In this document: positions 9,523-21,592 of the stretch, piece after piece | Numbering within the stretch: the stretch's first letter is position 1 | Layout: each line of letters starts with the position of its first letter | Source of the DNA: an uncultured Actinomycetes bacterium | Lineage (GTDB): Bacteria > Actinomycetota > UBA4738 > HRBIN12 | Assembly (NCBI GenBank): GCA_963746995.1 | Contig: CAVVDF010000006.1 | Span: forward strand, 100,993 to 164,992 | DNA: 64,000 nt | Direction: 5' to 3' | Notes under the pieces: model-generated | What the model was told of the DNA's origin: nothing | The model's input: only the letters and a program-made list of their open reading frames with translations | Databases searched by the model: none | Made by a program: the position numbers and the translations under genes

Positions 9523-9884
9523 CCGGGTTCGGCACGTACCGCTCGATCACGTGCAGCGCGTTCAGGACGGGGTAGGACAGCGCGACGATGCCGAGGATGA
9601 TCGAGGCGATCGTGGAGCCGGTGCCGCGACCGCCGAGCCCACCGGCGATGCCGAGGGCGACCGCGATCAGACCGAACGTGACCGCGAGCGTGCGCGAGCT
9701 GGGTGTCGAGGGTCCCCCCTGGCAGCATCTGTGGCGAATAGGACCCGAGCAGCGTCGCCTCGGGGTTGAAGTGATAGATCCACAGCAGGACCGAAAACGC
9801 GGCGCCGATCGCGCCGACCAGTACACCGATCGTGCCGAGGGGGTTCGCGGTCTTGCCACTCGTGCCGAACATGCCAGACGTCAT
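9515..9884 (-). pseudogene. small membrane protein (2-3 TM), frame switch at a C6 homopolymer (~9714-9719)
   Basis: The N-terminal half is in ORF 9498..9920 and the C-terminal half in ORF 9515..9859. Both halves are hydrophobic. Confidence 0.4.
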
Positions 9885-9932
9885 CTGATGATGATGCCCG
9901 ACCGGATGGCTGACGGGCAACTGCCGTTGGTC

Positions 9933-10845
9933 TCAGCCGATCGCCGCCGCGACGTCCCGGATGTCGTCAGGCCCTGTGCCGCAGCACCCCCCGATCAGCG
10001 TGGCGCCCGCGTCGGCCAATCCTCGCGCCAGCGTGCCGAACCCGTCTGGCACGGCGTCGCCCGTCCAGGTCTTCGTCGACGCGTCCCACATCGCCCCCCG
10101 ATTGGGGTAGGCCACGAGGCGACGTTCGCGGTGCGCGTCGCCGCCCGCCGCAGCAGTCCGGGAACATGTGCCGGCGGGGTGCAGTTCACACCGATCGCGA
10201 TGACCTGTGGACTCGCGTCGATCACGTCGACCGCGTCCTCGATCGGCGAGCCGTCGCACAGATGCATGTCGTCGCGGCACGAGAAGCTCACCCATGCGGG
10301 CACGTCGCCGATCTCGTGCAACACCTGCACGAGCACATCCGCTTCGAGAAGCGACGGGATCGTCTCGACCGCGAACAGATCGGGAGATGCGGCGGCGAGC
10401 GCCTCGGCGCGCGGTCGGTGGAAGTCGTGCAGGGCAGCTCGTGCATGCTCGTCGTCGCCGAGTCCGTAGTCGCCGGTGTACTCGGCGCCGTTCGCCAGGA
10501 ACGCCCCGTACGGACCGATCGACGCCGCAACGAGCGCGCGGCCGGCCGCGCCCTCGCGTGCGAGCTCGACACTGGAGGCAAGCACCCGCTCGGCGGCCCG
10601 GCGATCGAAGCCCCGTCGCGCGAGTCCCTCGAAGCTCGCTTGATAGCTCGCGCCGATCACCACCTGCGCGCCGGCCTCGACGTAGGCGCGATGCACGTCG
10701 ACGACGCGCCCGGGCTCGTCCAGGAGCACCTTCGCCGACCAGAGCGGGTCACGGAGATCTGCGCCGTTCCGCTCGAGCTCGCTCGCCAGCCCACCGTCGA
10801 GGACGACCGAGCCGGGGAACGCTGCGAAAGGATCGTGCGCCATCG
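9933..10845 (-). pseudogene. homocysteine S-methyltransferase (MmuM/BHMT family), one frame disruption
   Basis: N-terminal 'SVVLDGGLASELERNGADLRDPLWSA' (ORF 9995..10903). C-terminal 'GGCCGTGPDDIRDVAAAI' (ORF 9933..10295) is in another frame. Confidence 0.7.
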
Positions 10846-10862
10846 AGCCAGCGTAGCCCGGC

Positions 10863-12946
10863 TCAGGCGGACGCAGACTCGACGAGCGCGTCGACGGCGA
10901 CACACCCGGACGGCCCGACGATGACTGGATTCACATCGAGCGCTCCGAGCAGGTCGCCGAGATCCGCCGCCAACACCGACAGCCGGGACAGCGTGCGCGC
11001 GAGCGCGTCGAGGTCGGACGCCGCGCCACCGCGGACGCCGCCGAGGATCGGACGGATCTGCAGCCCGTCGAGCAGTCGGTGTGCGCCGGCTACGTCGAGC
11101 GGCGGCAACGCGAGCGCCCGGTCGTGCAACAACTCGACCAGCACGCCGCCGGCCGCCGCGACCACCAGAGGGCCGAACGTCTCGTCGCGCACCACTCCGA
11201 GGGCGACCTCGATGCCCGCGGGGGCCATCGCGGCGACGATCGTGAGCGGACCCAGCCTGCCCGTGATGTGGTCGTACGCCGCACGCACAGCATCGGTATC
11301 GGCGAGGCCCAGTCGCACTCCGTCGACGTCGGATTTGTGGCTGATGCCCGGCATCGCTGTCTTCAGCACGACGGGGAACCCGATCGCGGCGGCTGCCGCT
11401 GCAGCGTCCTCGACCGTCGCGGCCGCCCGCGCCTCGACGACCGGCACGCCGTAGTCGGCGAGCATGGCAAGGCCCTCCAACTCGCCGACCGGCTCACTGG
11501 AGCGAGGCGCGAGCGCCAGCGTTCTCGCACGTCGTCGGCGACGGGGGCAGGCGCGACCGGAGGCGGCAACGCTCGCCACGCGGCGTCATCGAGCAGATGG
11601 CCGAGCGCCCGCAACGCGCTGTCGGTGCCTTCCAAGACCGGGATCCCCAGATCCCGCAGGTGGTGTGCCTCGGCCGCCGACACAGCGCTCGCGAGGTTCG
11701 ACAGCACACAGAAGGGCTTGTCGGTTCCCGCGAACGAGTCCCGCGCGATCTGCAGATAGCCCTCGTTGAAGGGCTCCCCCTGCGTGGTCATGTCGATGCA
11801 GAAGATGCTCGCGCTCACCTCGGGATCGCGCGCGAACGCCGCGAAGGACTCCAGGAAGATCCGATCGGCGTCGATCCCCGTTCCCCACGCGTCGAGCGGG
11901 TTCGCCGCGATCATGCCGGGGTCGAGCTCCGCCTGGATCGCCGCGAGGGTTTCGTCGCCCACGGCGGCGAACGGTACGCCGAGATCCTCCGCGAGGTCGA
12001 CGAACATCGCCCGCTCGCCGCCGCTGTCGTGGATCGATGCGATCCCGCTGCCCCCGTGCACCCGCCGTGTCGAGGAGAACAGCTCCATCGTGTCGGCCAT
12101 CTCGTCCAGCGTGCGGCATTCGTGTACGCCATAGGCGGCAAACAACGCCTCGTAGGCCCCGTGCTCCCCGGCGAGCGCGCCCGAATGCGCGGTGACCATC
12201 TCGTGCGACGCTGCGCTGCGGCCGACCTTGAGGGCCAACACCGCGACGCCGAGCTCCGCCGCGTGCGCGAGCTCCGCGCGGAACGCCTCGGGATCGCGCA
12301 CCGTCTCGAGCAACAGCGCGAGCACGCGTGTCGAGGGGAGCGACAACGAGTAGGCCATGTAGTCGGCCATCGTCGTGACGACCTCCTGCCCGCTCGAGAC
12401 GAGCAGGTTGAACCCGATGCCGCGATCGTTGAACGCGAGCGCCGAGAAGGCCGACCCGCTGTGCGACACGAACGTCACCGGCCCGTGCCGAAGATGCTCC
12501 GGCGTCAGGAACCCCGTCGCGCGCGTCTTCGACCCGATGTTCATGAACCCCATGCCGTTGCCGCCGCAGATCGCCATACCGTGCGCGACAGCGATCTCGT
12601 GGAGCCGGTCGCGCAGCCCCGGCTCGATCCCCTCGTCGTCGTTCAGGGACGAGAACGTCACGGCGCCGCCGACACCGGCCGCCGCGGCATCGCGAAGCGC
12701 CTGCTCAACCCGGACGTTCGCGACGCCGAGGATCGCCATGTCGACCGGCTCGGGCACCTCGCCGATCGAGGGGTAGCAGCGGTAGCCGTCGACCTCGTCG
12801 TAGCCGGGGTTCACCGGGTAGACAACGCCCTCGAACCCGCCACGGCGGAGCTCGGACATCATCGAGGCGCCGAGTGAGCCCGGCTTGACGGATGCGCCGA
12901 CGACCGCGACCGAGCGCGGCTCGAGCATCCGGCGGATCGCCGGCAT
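10863..12946 (-). pseudogene. acetate--CoA ligase (ADP-forming) / NDP-forming acyl-CoA synthetase, fused CoA-binding + ATP-grasp, one frame disruption
   Basis: 'RSVAVVGASVKPGSLG' CoA-binding N-terminus (ORF 11363..13054). The ATP-grasp C-terminus 'GFPVVLKTAMPGISHKSDVDGVRLGL' lies in ORF 10863..11579. Confidence 0.7.
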
Positions 12947-12960
12947 CACCGGATCGCTCA

Positions 12961-14581
12961 CTACTTCTTCCCGAGCGCCTTGTCCTTCTTGGCCATGTTG
13001 AAGGCCTGCCAGCCCGGGATCCCGTTCACGCCGCCGCCGGCGTGCGTCGCGCACGACCCGTGGTACAGGCCTCGGAGCGGCGTTCGGTAATCGGCGTAGC
13101 CGGGCGCCGGGCGCATGTGGAACAGCTGATCGACCGAGAGCTCGCCGTGGAAGATGTTCCCGCCGATCAGCCCGAGATCCTGCTCCATGTCGTAGGGCCC
13201 GATCACCTGGTAGTCGATGATCGAGTCCTTGAAGTTCGGCGCCAGCTCGTTGTAGCCGTCGAAGATCCGCTGGGCGTAGGCGTCGAGCTCATCGCGATGG
13301 GGCTCGAGGTTCCAGTCGTCGGGTACCCACTGGCTGAACATCGAGAACACGTGCGTGCCCTCGGGCGCGAGCTTCTTGTCGAGCGTGGTCGGGATCGTGC
13401 CGTCGACGAACGGCGCGGTGGATGCCTTGCGCTCCATGTGCGCGTCCTGGAACGCGCGCTCCGCATACTGCGGCGACAGGCAGAGCTCGACCGACCCGGT
13501 GTGGTGCGGCTGCTGCGTCGTGCCGGGCATCGCCGTGAAACTCGGCAGCTCGCTGATCGCGACGTTCATTTTCACGACACCGCTCCGCGTCTTCCAGCGC
13601 TCGATGTCCCACACGAAGTCGGCGGGCAACTCGTGGCGCTCGATCAGATCGAGGAACGCGATCTTCGGGTGGATGGTCGTCACGACGACCGGTGCACGGA
13701 GCTCGGTGCCGTCCTCGAGCGCGACCCCGACCGCGCGGCCGCCGCGCACGAGGATCTGCTTGACCTTCGCGTTCGTGCGGATCTCGGCGCCGAATGCCTC
13801 GGCGGAGGCTCGGATCGAGTCACTCACCGCGCCCATCCCGCCCTGCTGGAAGCCCCACGAGCCGAGGTGGCCGTCGCCGACGTCGCCGATCGAGTGGTGC
13901 AGCATCACGTAGGCCGTGCCGGGCTCGTCGGGGCCGGCCCACGTGCCGATCACGCCGTTCACCGTGAGCATCGCCTTGATCGCGTCGGACTCGAACCAGT
14001 CGTTCAGCAGGTCGCTCACCGACATCGTGAACAAGCGGGTGACGTCGCCGACGCCGCGCTCGCCGAGCTTCCGCATCTTCCACGCGGTCTGCACGGTCGA
14101 GAGCAGGTCGCATCGGGCTCATCGAACCGACGGCTGGCGGCACTTGCAGCAACAGCGGCCCGAGCACGTCGGAGACGCCCTTCAGCCACTCCTCCCACTT
14201 CGGCAGCGTGTCGGCGTCCTTCTTGGAGAACTGCGCGATCGAGTCGTAGCTCTTCTGGTGGTCGTCGGCGTAGACCGTGATCGCGCGCCCGTCGGGGAAC
14301 GCCTGGAAGTACGGGCCGAACGGCGTCACGTCGTAGCCGAACTGCTTGAGCTTCAGCTCGCGGATGATCGTCGGCGGCATCAGCGACATCACGTAGGAGT
14401 AGGTGGTGACGTTGATCTCCGGGTGGTCGGCGAACGGGGCGCTCGTGTCGGCGGCGCCACCGGTCTTGTTGCGCGCCTCCAGCACCACCGTCCGCGCGCC
14501 CTCGCGGGCGAAGTAGGCGGCGCTCGTGAGGCCGTTGTGGCCGCCACCGATGACGATCGCGTCGTAGACGTTCGAAGACAT
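12961..14581 (-). pseudogene. phytoene desaturase-family NAD(P)/FAD oxidoreductase (CrtI-like), one frame disruption
   Basis: 'YDAIVIGGGHNGL' dinucleotide-binding N-terminus (ORF 13820..14581). The remainder is in ORF 12961..14094. Confidence 0.7.
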
Positions 14582-14629
14582 GCGAGGAACCGATCCTTCC
14601 GCTCGACGAAGAGCCCCATCATAGCGGGC

Positions 14630-14689
14630 TGACTGAATGGCGAGTCAAATCGGATATGGCCAGTTGGTTGGGTTGACGCCGCAGGTCAA
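14630..14689. promoter_or_regulatory. candidate TetR operator palindromes in a divergent promoter region
   Basis: TGACT-N8-AGTCA at 14630..14647 and TTGAC-N7-GTCAA at 14673..14689, between the crtI-like gene (-) and the tetR gene (+). Confidence 0.35.
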
Positions 14690-14767
14690 ACGGGTACAGT
14701 GCTTTGAACGATGAGTCAAGAGCCCGATATCCGGCCCGCGAGTGTTTGCGGACCGTTCAGGAGCCCG

Positions 14768-15392
14768 ATGAGCACGAAGACCCGGCAGAAGCCGCAGCGC
14801 GATCGCCATCAGGAGATCCTGGAGGCCGCGTCGCGCGTGATCACCGACCGGGGCCTCGCCGAGACGCGGATCCAGGACATCGCCGACGAGTGCGGCGTCT
14901 CGCCGGGCCTGATCCTCTACTACTTCGAATCCAAGGACCGGCTGCTGGTCGAGGCGCTGACCTACGCCAACGACCAGTTCTATCTGCAGACCGCGCGGGA
15001 GCTTCGGAAGATGCCGGCGGCGCGCGACCGGCTCGCAGCGGGTGATCGAGCTGTCGGTGCCGGGCTACCTGCCCGAGTACAACCTGCTCGACGAATGGGC
15101 GCTGTGGCTCGAGATCTGGGTGCGGGCGCTCCGCGACCCGGAGATGGCGAAGGAGCGCGAAGGCCTCGACCGCCGATGGGCGCAGTTCATCGCCGAGGTG
15201 ATCCGCTACGGCCGGCAGACCGGCGAGTTCCCGCCCGAGGGGCACGACGCCGACGAGCTCGGCGTGCAGTTCAGCGCGATGACCGACGGCCTGGCGATCC
15301 AGGTGCTGCTGAACGACACCGTGATGACCCCGCAGCGGATGTTCGACATCTGCACCGAGTGGGCGAACATGCTGATCGGCCTCGAGAACTAG
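14768..15392 (+). pseudogene. TetR/AcrR family transcriptional regulator, one frame disruption near 15040
   Basis: HTH 'ETRIQDIADECGVSPGLILYYFESKDRL'. The C-terminal ligand domain is in ORF 15042..15392. Confidence 0.7.
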
Positions 15393-15395
15393 CAC

Positions 15396-16154
15396 TCAGC
15401 CGGCCGCCAGCCGGTACATGACGTACGCGGCGCCGCAGACGCTCAGGAACCAGCCGAACGCACGGCGGATACGCGGGCCCTCCACGACGTGGGCGAAACG
15501 GCCCGCGAAGAAGGCCGCCGGGATCGCGCCGAGCGCGAAGGCGCCCGCCACCACCCAGTCGACATGTCCGAGCGACCAGTGGACGGCGAGCGTCGGAACC
15601 GCGAGGACGATGATCACGAGCAGGCTCGTCCCGGCGGCTTGCCGCATCGTGAGCCCGAACACCAACAGGTACGCGGGCACGAGCAGGAACCCACCGCCGT
15701 TCGCGAGCAATCCCGTCAGGAAGCCGATCCCCGCCGAGATCGCGACGAGCATCGGACGGTTCCGCCGGCGGGTCGATCCGCGACCCCGCATCGCCGGATC
15801 GATCGGGCGCAGGACACGCTGGCCAACGACGACGAGCACGACCCCGGACAGGATCAACAATGTCGGGCCGCCGATCCTCTTGGAGAGGTACGCCCCGACG
15901 ATCGCCGCCGGGATGCCCCCGATGATGGTCCAGGCCGCGGCCCGAGGACGCGCTTCTCCCTCTCGCACGTAGGGGATCGCGGCAACGCCCGCCGCGGGGA
16001 TCGTGGACGGCAACGGCGAGGCGATCGCCAACAGCGGCGGCACGCCCAGCAACGAGAGCAACGGGGTCGCGATGGACGAACCCCCGACGCCGAAGAGCCC
16101 CGTGAGGCAGCCGATCGCGGCACCGGCCACGATGAAGACAGGCCAGGGCGCCAC
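15396..16154 (-). CDS. sulfite exporter TauE/SafE family membrane protein
   Basis: 252 aa with two internally repeated 4-TM halves and 'GGGFLLVP' / 'GVGGSSIATPLL' motifs. Confidence 0.8.
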   Translation of the reverse strand: MAPWPVFIVAGAAIGCLTGLFGVGGSSIATPLLSLLGVPPLLAIASPLPSTIPAAGVAAIPYVREGEARPRAAAWTIIGGIPAAIVGAYLSKRIGGPTLLILSGVVLVVVGQRVLRPIDPAMRGRGSTRRRNRPMLVAISAGIGFLTGLLANGGGFLLVPAYLLVFGLTMRQAAGTSLLVIIVLAVPTLAVHWSLGHVDWVVAGAFALGAIPAAFFAGRFAHVVEGPRIRRAFGWFLSVCGAAYVMYRLAAG

Positions 16155-16217
16155 GAGCCGAGTCTAGGTCGCTCCCGCCGACGCTCGCCCGTATCATCCA
16201 GCCGTGACCGAGCGTTG

Positions 16218-16763
16218 ATGGATCGGGACGCCGCGCACGCGTTCGCGCGCGAGAAGTGCCTGAAGGAGACGACCTACCGACACCTCGTCTCGGTCGAAGG
16301 GGTGATGCGCTCGCTCGCCCGCCGCTTCGACGAGGACCAGGAACTCTGGGGGCTCACCGGGCTGTTCCACGACCTCGACCAGGATCACACCGGTGACGAG
16401 GGCGAGCGACATGCACGGCTCGCCGCCGAGTGGCTCCGCGAGGCCGGCGTCGATGAACGCGTCGTGAACGGCGTCCTCGCCCACGCCTACGCGGAGTACC
16501 GAACCGACCTGATGTCCACGGCAGTCGTGCATGCCGACGCGGTCGCGGGGTTGCTCGTCGCCGCCGCGCTCGTCCGGCCCGAGAAGGCCACCGGCATGAA
16601 GGTCTCGAGCGTGAAGAAGAAGCTCAAGGAGAAGTCGTTCGCGCCCGGCGTCAACCGCGACGAGGTCTACGACGTCGAGGAGAGCATCGGGCTGCCGCTC
16701 GACGAGTTCATCGCCGTCTCGATCGAGGGCCTCCAAGAGGTCGCGCCCGAGATCGAGCTGTAG
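16218..16763 (+). CDS. HD domain-containing protein
   Basis: 'LFHDLD' metal-binding motif. 181 aa, ATG at 16218. Confidence 0.65.
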   Translation: MDRDAAHAFAREKCLKETTYRHLVSVEGVMRSLARRFDEDQELWGLTGLFHDLDQDHTGDEGERHARLAAEWLREAGVDERVVNGVLAHAYAEYRTDLMSTAVVHADAVAGLLVAAALVRPEKATGMKVSSVKKKLKEKSFAPGVNRDEVYDVEESIGLPLDEFIAVSIEGLQEVAPEIEL

Positions 16764-16784
16764 CACGCGACTCGGCCTCGCGTG
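16764..16784 (+). terminator. GC hairpin (cacgcg-N9-cgcgtg) immediately after the HD-gene stop
   Basis: Inverted repeat seen in the sequence. There is no U-tract, as is usual in high-GC genomes. Confidence 0.3.
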
Positions 16785-16797
16785 CCATCATCGCGGC

Positions 16798-18183
16798 GTG
16801 ACCGAGTTCCGCACGATCATCGAGCCGTTCCGGATCCACTCGGTCGAGCCGCTGCGGTTCCTCACCGAGGACGAGCGGCGCGCCAAGGTCCGCGACGCCG
16901 GCTACAACCTGTTCAACCTGCACGCCGACGACGTGCTGATCGATCTGCTCACCGACTCGGGCACCGGCGCGATGAGCCGCGACCAATGGGCGGCGATCCA
17001 GCACGGCGACGAGTCCTACGCGGGCTCGCCCTCATGGTTCGCGTTCCTCGAGGCGGTGCAGGAGCTGTTCCCGTTCCCGCACGTGATCCCGACGCACCAG
17101 GGGCGCGCGGCGGAGAAGATCCTGTTCTCGGCGATCGCCGGGCCGGGCAAGGTCGTGCCCGAACAACACGCACTTCGACACGACGCGGGCGAACGTCGAG
17201 TACACGGGCGCCGAGGCGGTCGACCTCGTGATCCCGGAGGGCCGCGACCCCGCCGCCGAGCACCCGTTCAAGGGGAACATGGACCTCGAGGCGCTCGAGG
17301 AGTTGCTCGCGACACGCGCCGCCGACGTGCCGGTCGTGTTCGTCACGATCACGAACAACTCCGGCGGCGGGCAGCCGGTCTCGCTCGAGAATCTACGCGG
17401 GCGTGCGCGCGCTGTGCGACCGGTTCGGCGTGCCGCTGTTCCTGGACGCGTGCCGGTTCGCCGAGAACGCCTGGTTCATCAAGACGCGCGAGCAGGGGCA
17501 GGCCGATCGCACCGTGCGCCGACATCGTGCGCGAGATGGCCTCGCTCGCCGACGGCATGACGATGAGCGCCAAGAAGGACCCGATGGCCAACATCGGCGG
17601 CTGGCTCGCGCTGCGCGACGACGGATGGGCCGAGCAGTGCCGGAACCTCCTGATCCTGACCGAGGGGTTCCCGACCTACGGCGGGCTCGCCGGCCGCGAC
17701 CTCGAGGCGATCGCCCAGGGCCTGCGCGAGTGCGTCGAGCGAGCACTACCTGCGCTACCGGATCCGCTCGACCGCGTACCTCGCGGACGCGCTGATCGGC
17801 GCCGGCGTGCCGATCGTTCGGCCGGCGGGCGGCCACGCCGTCTACCTCGACGCGCGGGCGCTGCTGCCGCACATGGCAGCCGCTCGACGTACCCGGGGCA
17901 GGCGCTCGCCGTCGCCCTCTACGAAGCGGGCGGGATCCGCGGCTGCGAGATCGGCACGGTGATGTTCGGGCTGCAGCCCGACGGCACGGAGGAACCGGCT
18001 GCGATGGATCTCGTCCGGCTGGCGATCCCGCGGCGGACCTACACGCAGAGCCACATCGACTACGTGATCGAGGTGGTGACGTCGCGTCGCGGCCGGCGCG
18101 GCTGGCCTCCCCGGCTACCGGATCGTCGAGCAGCCGGCGCAGCTCCGGCACTTCACCGCGCGGTTCGAGCCGATTCGGTTAGC
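16798..18183 (+). pseudogene. tryptophanase / tyrosine phenol-lyase (beta-eliminating lyase family), at least 4 frame disruptions
   Basis: Pieces in three frames: 'FRIHSVEPLRFLTEDER', '[17 protein letters not shown]', 'MSAKKDPMANIGGWLALRDD' and a C-terminal '...QLRHFTARFEPI'. Confidence 0.7.
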
Positions 18184-18512
18184 CGATCGCGGAACCCGTG
18201 CTCGACGTCGCGGTCGGGCTGCAGCAGCACGACGCCGTGGTTGTCGGAGTACGCGCCGAGCACGAGGACCTCGCTCTTGAACCCGGCGATGCGCTTCGGC
18301 TCGAACCCGAGCACGCAGACGACCTGCCGGCCGAGCAGCGACGTCTTCTCGTAGTGGGTTGCTTGCGCGCTCGACCGGCGGGTGCCGACCTCGGGGCCGA
18401 AGTCGACCGTCAGCTTGTACGCCGGGTTCCGAGCCTCGGGGAACTCCTCGACCTCGGTGACCATGCCGACGCGGAGCTGGAGCCGCTCGAACTCGTCCCA
18501 GGTGGCGGTCAC
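18153..18512 (-). CDS. tRNA-binding protein (CsaA/EMAP-domain)
   Basis: 'LQLRVGMVTEVEEFPEARNPAYKLTVDFG...LLGRQVVCVLGFEPKRIAGFKSEVLVLGA' matches the CsaA OB-fold. Confidence 0.6.
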   Translation of the reverse strand: MTATWDEFERLQLRVGMVTEVEEFPEARNPAYKLTVDFGPEVGTRRSSAQATHYEKTSLLGRQVVCVLGFEPKRIAGFKSEVLVLGAYSDNHGVVLLQPDRDVEHGFRDRLTESARTAR

Positions 18513-18516
18513 GACG

Positions 18517-21027
18517 TCAGCCTCGGAGCCGTTCGCCCGTCGGGTCGTAGAACGGCTCGCGCTGCGTGATCGCGCGGGGACCCGCTCGCCGCGGACCTCG
18601 ACCGACATCGGCACCTCGGCCGGGCAGGTCGCCGTGGACCCACGCGAGACCGACGGCGGCGCCGAGCGTGTGGCCGTACGCGCCGCTCGTGACGTGCCCG
18701 ATCCGCTCGTCGGCCGAGCACGACGGTTCGCCGTGCCAGAGCATCGGCGCGCGGTCCTCGAGCCGCACGCTGACGAGCTCCCGCTCGCGCGGCGCGCTGC
18801 GCGAGCTCGATCAGCGCTTCGCGGCCGAGGAAGTCACCCTTCTTCAGATGGACCGCGAAGCCGAGGCCGACGGCATACGGGTCGTCGAGCACGCCCATGT
18901 CGTGGCCCCACGACCGGAAGCCGCGCTCGAGCGCGCAGCCCGTCGAAGGCGAATGCGCCGGCGTGGCGAAGGCCGTGCTCGGCTCGCCGGCGGCGACGAT
19001 CTTGTCGTAGACGTCGGCGGCGAACTCCGTCGGCGACGAGCAGCTCCCAGCCGAGCTCGCCCGTGAACGACAGCCGGAGCGCCGCTGGCCTTCGCCCACC
19101 CAGGTCGATCTCGCGCGCCGATGAGGAACGGGAACCGCTCGTTCGAGAGGTCGTGGTCGGTCAGCGCGCGAGCACCGTCGCGGCTCTCGGGCCCGGCGAC
19201 GTGCAGCGTCGCGAAAGCCGCTCGTCACGTCGGTCACCGTCGCACCCGCGCGGAAGACCGTTGCGCAGCAGCATCTCGGTTCGGCGCTGATACAGCGTCG
19301 GCGCGAGCACGAGGAACCGGTCCTCGTCGAGGCGCGTGACGGTCGGGTCCATCTCGATTCCGCCGCGCTCGTTGCACAGCAGCGTGTAGACGACCTTGCC
19401 GACGGGCACGTCGACGTTCGGACGGTGCACAGCCGCTGCAGCCCGGCCGACCGCCTCGGGTCCCTGCACGATGAACTTGGCGTACGTCGAGAGGTCGAAC
19501 AGCGCGACGCCCTCGCGCGTCGCGCGCATCTCCTCGCCGACCGGGCTCGAACCACGACGGCCGGTCGAAGTCGTAGATCCACTGCGGCTCGTGCTCGGCG
19601 ACGAGGCTCGAACCAGGCGGCGCGCTCCCAGCCCGGCCGCCTCGCCGACGGCCGCGCCGGCGTCGCGCAGCTGCGGCAACAGACGGCGAGCGGCGAACGC
19701 CCCGGCCGCAGTCCGGACTGCAGTGCCGGCCAATGCATCGCGTAAAGGCGGCCGAGCGTCTCGTGCGTCTTGTCGTGCAGCCACGCGCGGTTGTTCGCCC
19801 AGCGGCCCATCCGCGCGACGTCGACCTCGGTCAGATCCATCGTCGGGTGGCCCTCGACGATCCACTCGGCGAGCGCGATTCCCGACCCCGGGCCCGTAGA
19901 TGATGCCCTGCGAGTTCATCCCGGCCGCGACGAAGAGGTTGCGCACCTCCGGGAACTCGCCGAGCTGGAAGTTGGCGTCGGGCGTGAAGCTCTCCGGCGC
20001 GCGAAGAACTGATGGAACCCGATCTCGCGCAGGACCGGCAGGCGTTCGCGCGCCGCGGCGAGCACCGGCGCGAAGTGATCCCAGTCCTCGCCGAACTCGG
20101 CGAAGCCGTCGCGCGGCACGTCCACCGGCGCCTTCGGCTTGCCGTTCGGCTCGAACGCACCGACGACGAGCCGGCCGCCGTGGTGCCGCGCATAGAAGTA
20201 GCCGTCGAGGTCGCGCAGGAATCGGGAAGCGACTCCTCCGCGCCGTCGACCGGATCGGTCATCACCCAGACGTGCTCCGCCGGGTACAGCGACACCGACG
20301 TGCCGGCCATCCGGGCGAGCTCGGAGGTCCACAGGCCGGCGGCCAGCACGACGGTCTCGGCCTCGATGCTGCCCGCGTCCGTCTGGACGCCGGTGACGGT
20401 GTCGCCCCGCGTCCGGAACCCGGTGACGGTCGACGCCGAAGACGAACCGCGCGCCGCGGTCCGCGGCGCCCTTGGCAAGCGCGAGCGCCGCGTCGCCCGG
20501 GTTCACGGTGGCGTCGCTCGGCGCGACGATCGCCCCCACGAGATCCTCGGTGTCGGCGATCGGCCACCAGTCGCGCACCTGCGCGGGCTCGAGCACCTGA
20601 CACTCGACGTCGAACTCCCGGTGCATGTCGGCGCGCAGCACAGGATCTCCTGCATGCGCCCGGGCGTGCGCGCGACGGTGAGCGCACCGACCCGGCGAAG
20701 CCCGTCTCGACGCCCGTCTCCTCGGCAACGCCTCGAATAGGTCGGCGTTGATCCGCGACAGCTCGCTCGAGCGCATGGGTGCCGCGCACCTGCGCGACGA
20801 GCCCGGCCGCGTGCCAGGTCGTGCCGCCGGTGAGGCGCGTGCGCTCGAGCACGAGGACGTCGGTGACGCCGAGCTTGGTCAGGTGGTAGGCGATCGAGCT
20901 GCCGATGATCCCGCCGCCGACGATCGACGACCTGGCGTGCCCGGAGTCGGCGAGCGTCGGACGTAGGCTCGAGCAGGATCGAAGTCGTCGAGGGCGCGGT
21001 TCGCGAGCGTTCTCGGGCGATCGGCAT
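18517..21027 (-). pseudogene. dimethylglycine oxidase / sarcosine dehydrogenase-family protein (FAD oxidoreductase + GcvT-like aminomethyltransferase domain), at least 5 frame disruptions
   Basis: 'SSIVGGGIIGSSIAYHL...ERTRLTGGTTWHAAGL' N-terminus. GcvT-fold pieces 'FDLSTYAKFIVQGPEA' and 'VTSGAYGHTLGAAVGLAWV...FYDPTGERLRG' are spread over ORFs 18517..18768, 18509..19840, 19161..19946, 19831..20478, 19916..20776 and 20262..20852. Confidence 0.7.
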
Positions 21028-21154
21028 GCGGCCCCGGCCCAGCGCTCCTGGCTAGCTAGCGCGTCGCAGCTGAACGCGCGCGAGGCTCGGAGCCGCGCTG
21101 GTCTCGTCGTAGTGATCGAACGTCTCGCCGTCGCGAACGTTCACTGCGAGCGCT

Positions 21155-21567
21155 TCAGGCGCCGGTGAACGCGCGGATCTCCGCGTGCTCGGTGTAGTGC
21201 CGAAGGTCTCGCCCGCGAACTCGACGGCCTCGTCGGTGATCGTCGCCGGTGCCGAGCTCGAGCACGCATGCGATCTGCTCGGACTGCGGATCACGTCTCG
21301 AGCATCCCGCGACCGACCTCGACGCAACGCGTTGAAGGCATCCCAATCCTGGTCGTCGTCGGCGGGCTCGCCACGGCCGATCTTCTCGAGCTCGGAAGCC
21401 GACGAAGCCCGCCCAGTACCCGCAGTGCCAGACCATGTCCTTGACGGTCCACCCCGGGCACGACGCCTTCGACGTCGCGGCGGTCCTCCGGGATCGGAGG
21501 CGAACGCGTCGACGAACTCGGACCAGGCCGCGTCTTCCTTCTGCAGCAGTTCCTCGTGTGTCGTCAT
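21155..21567 (-). pseudogene. ClbS/DfsB (DUF1706)-like four-helix-bundle protein, frame-disrupted
   Basis: '[22 protein letters not shown]...DWDAFNA' in one frame and '...[11 protein letters not shown]...[14 protein letters not shown]' in ORF 21155..21436. Family assignment is tentative. Confidence 0.4.
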
Positions 21568-21592
21568 GCGCAGCATCCTAGCCGACGACCGG

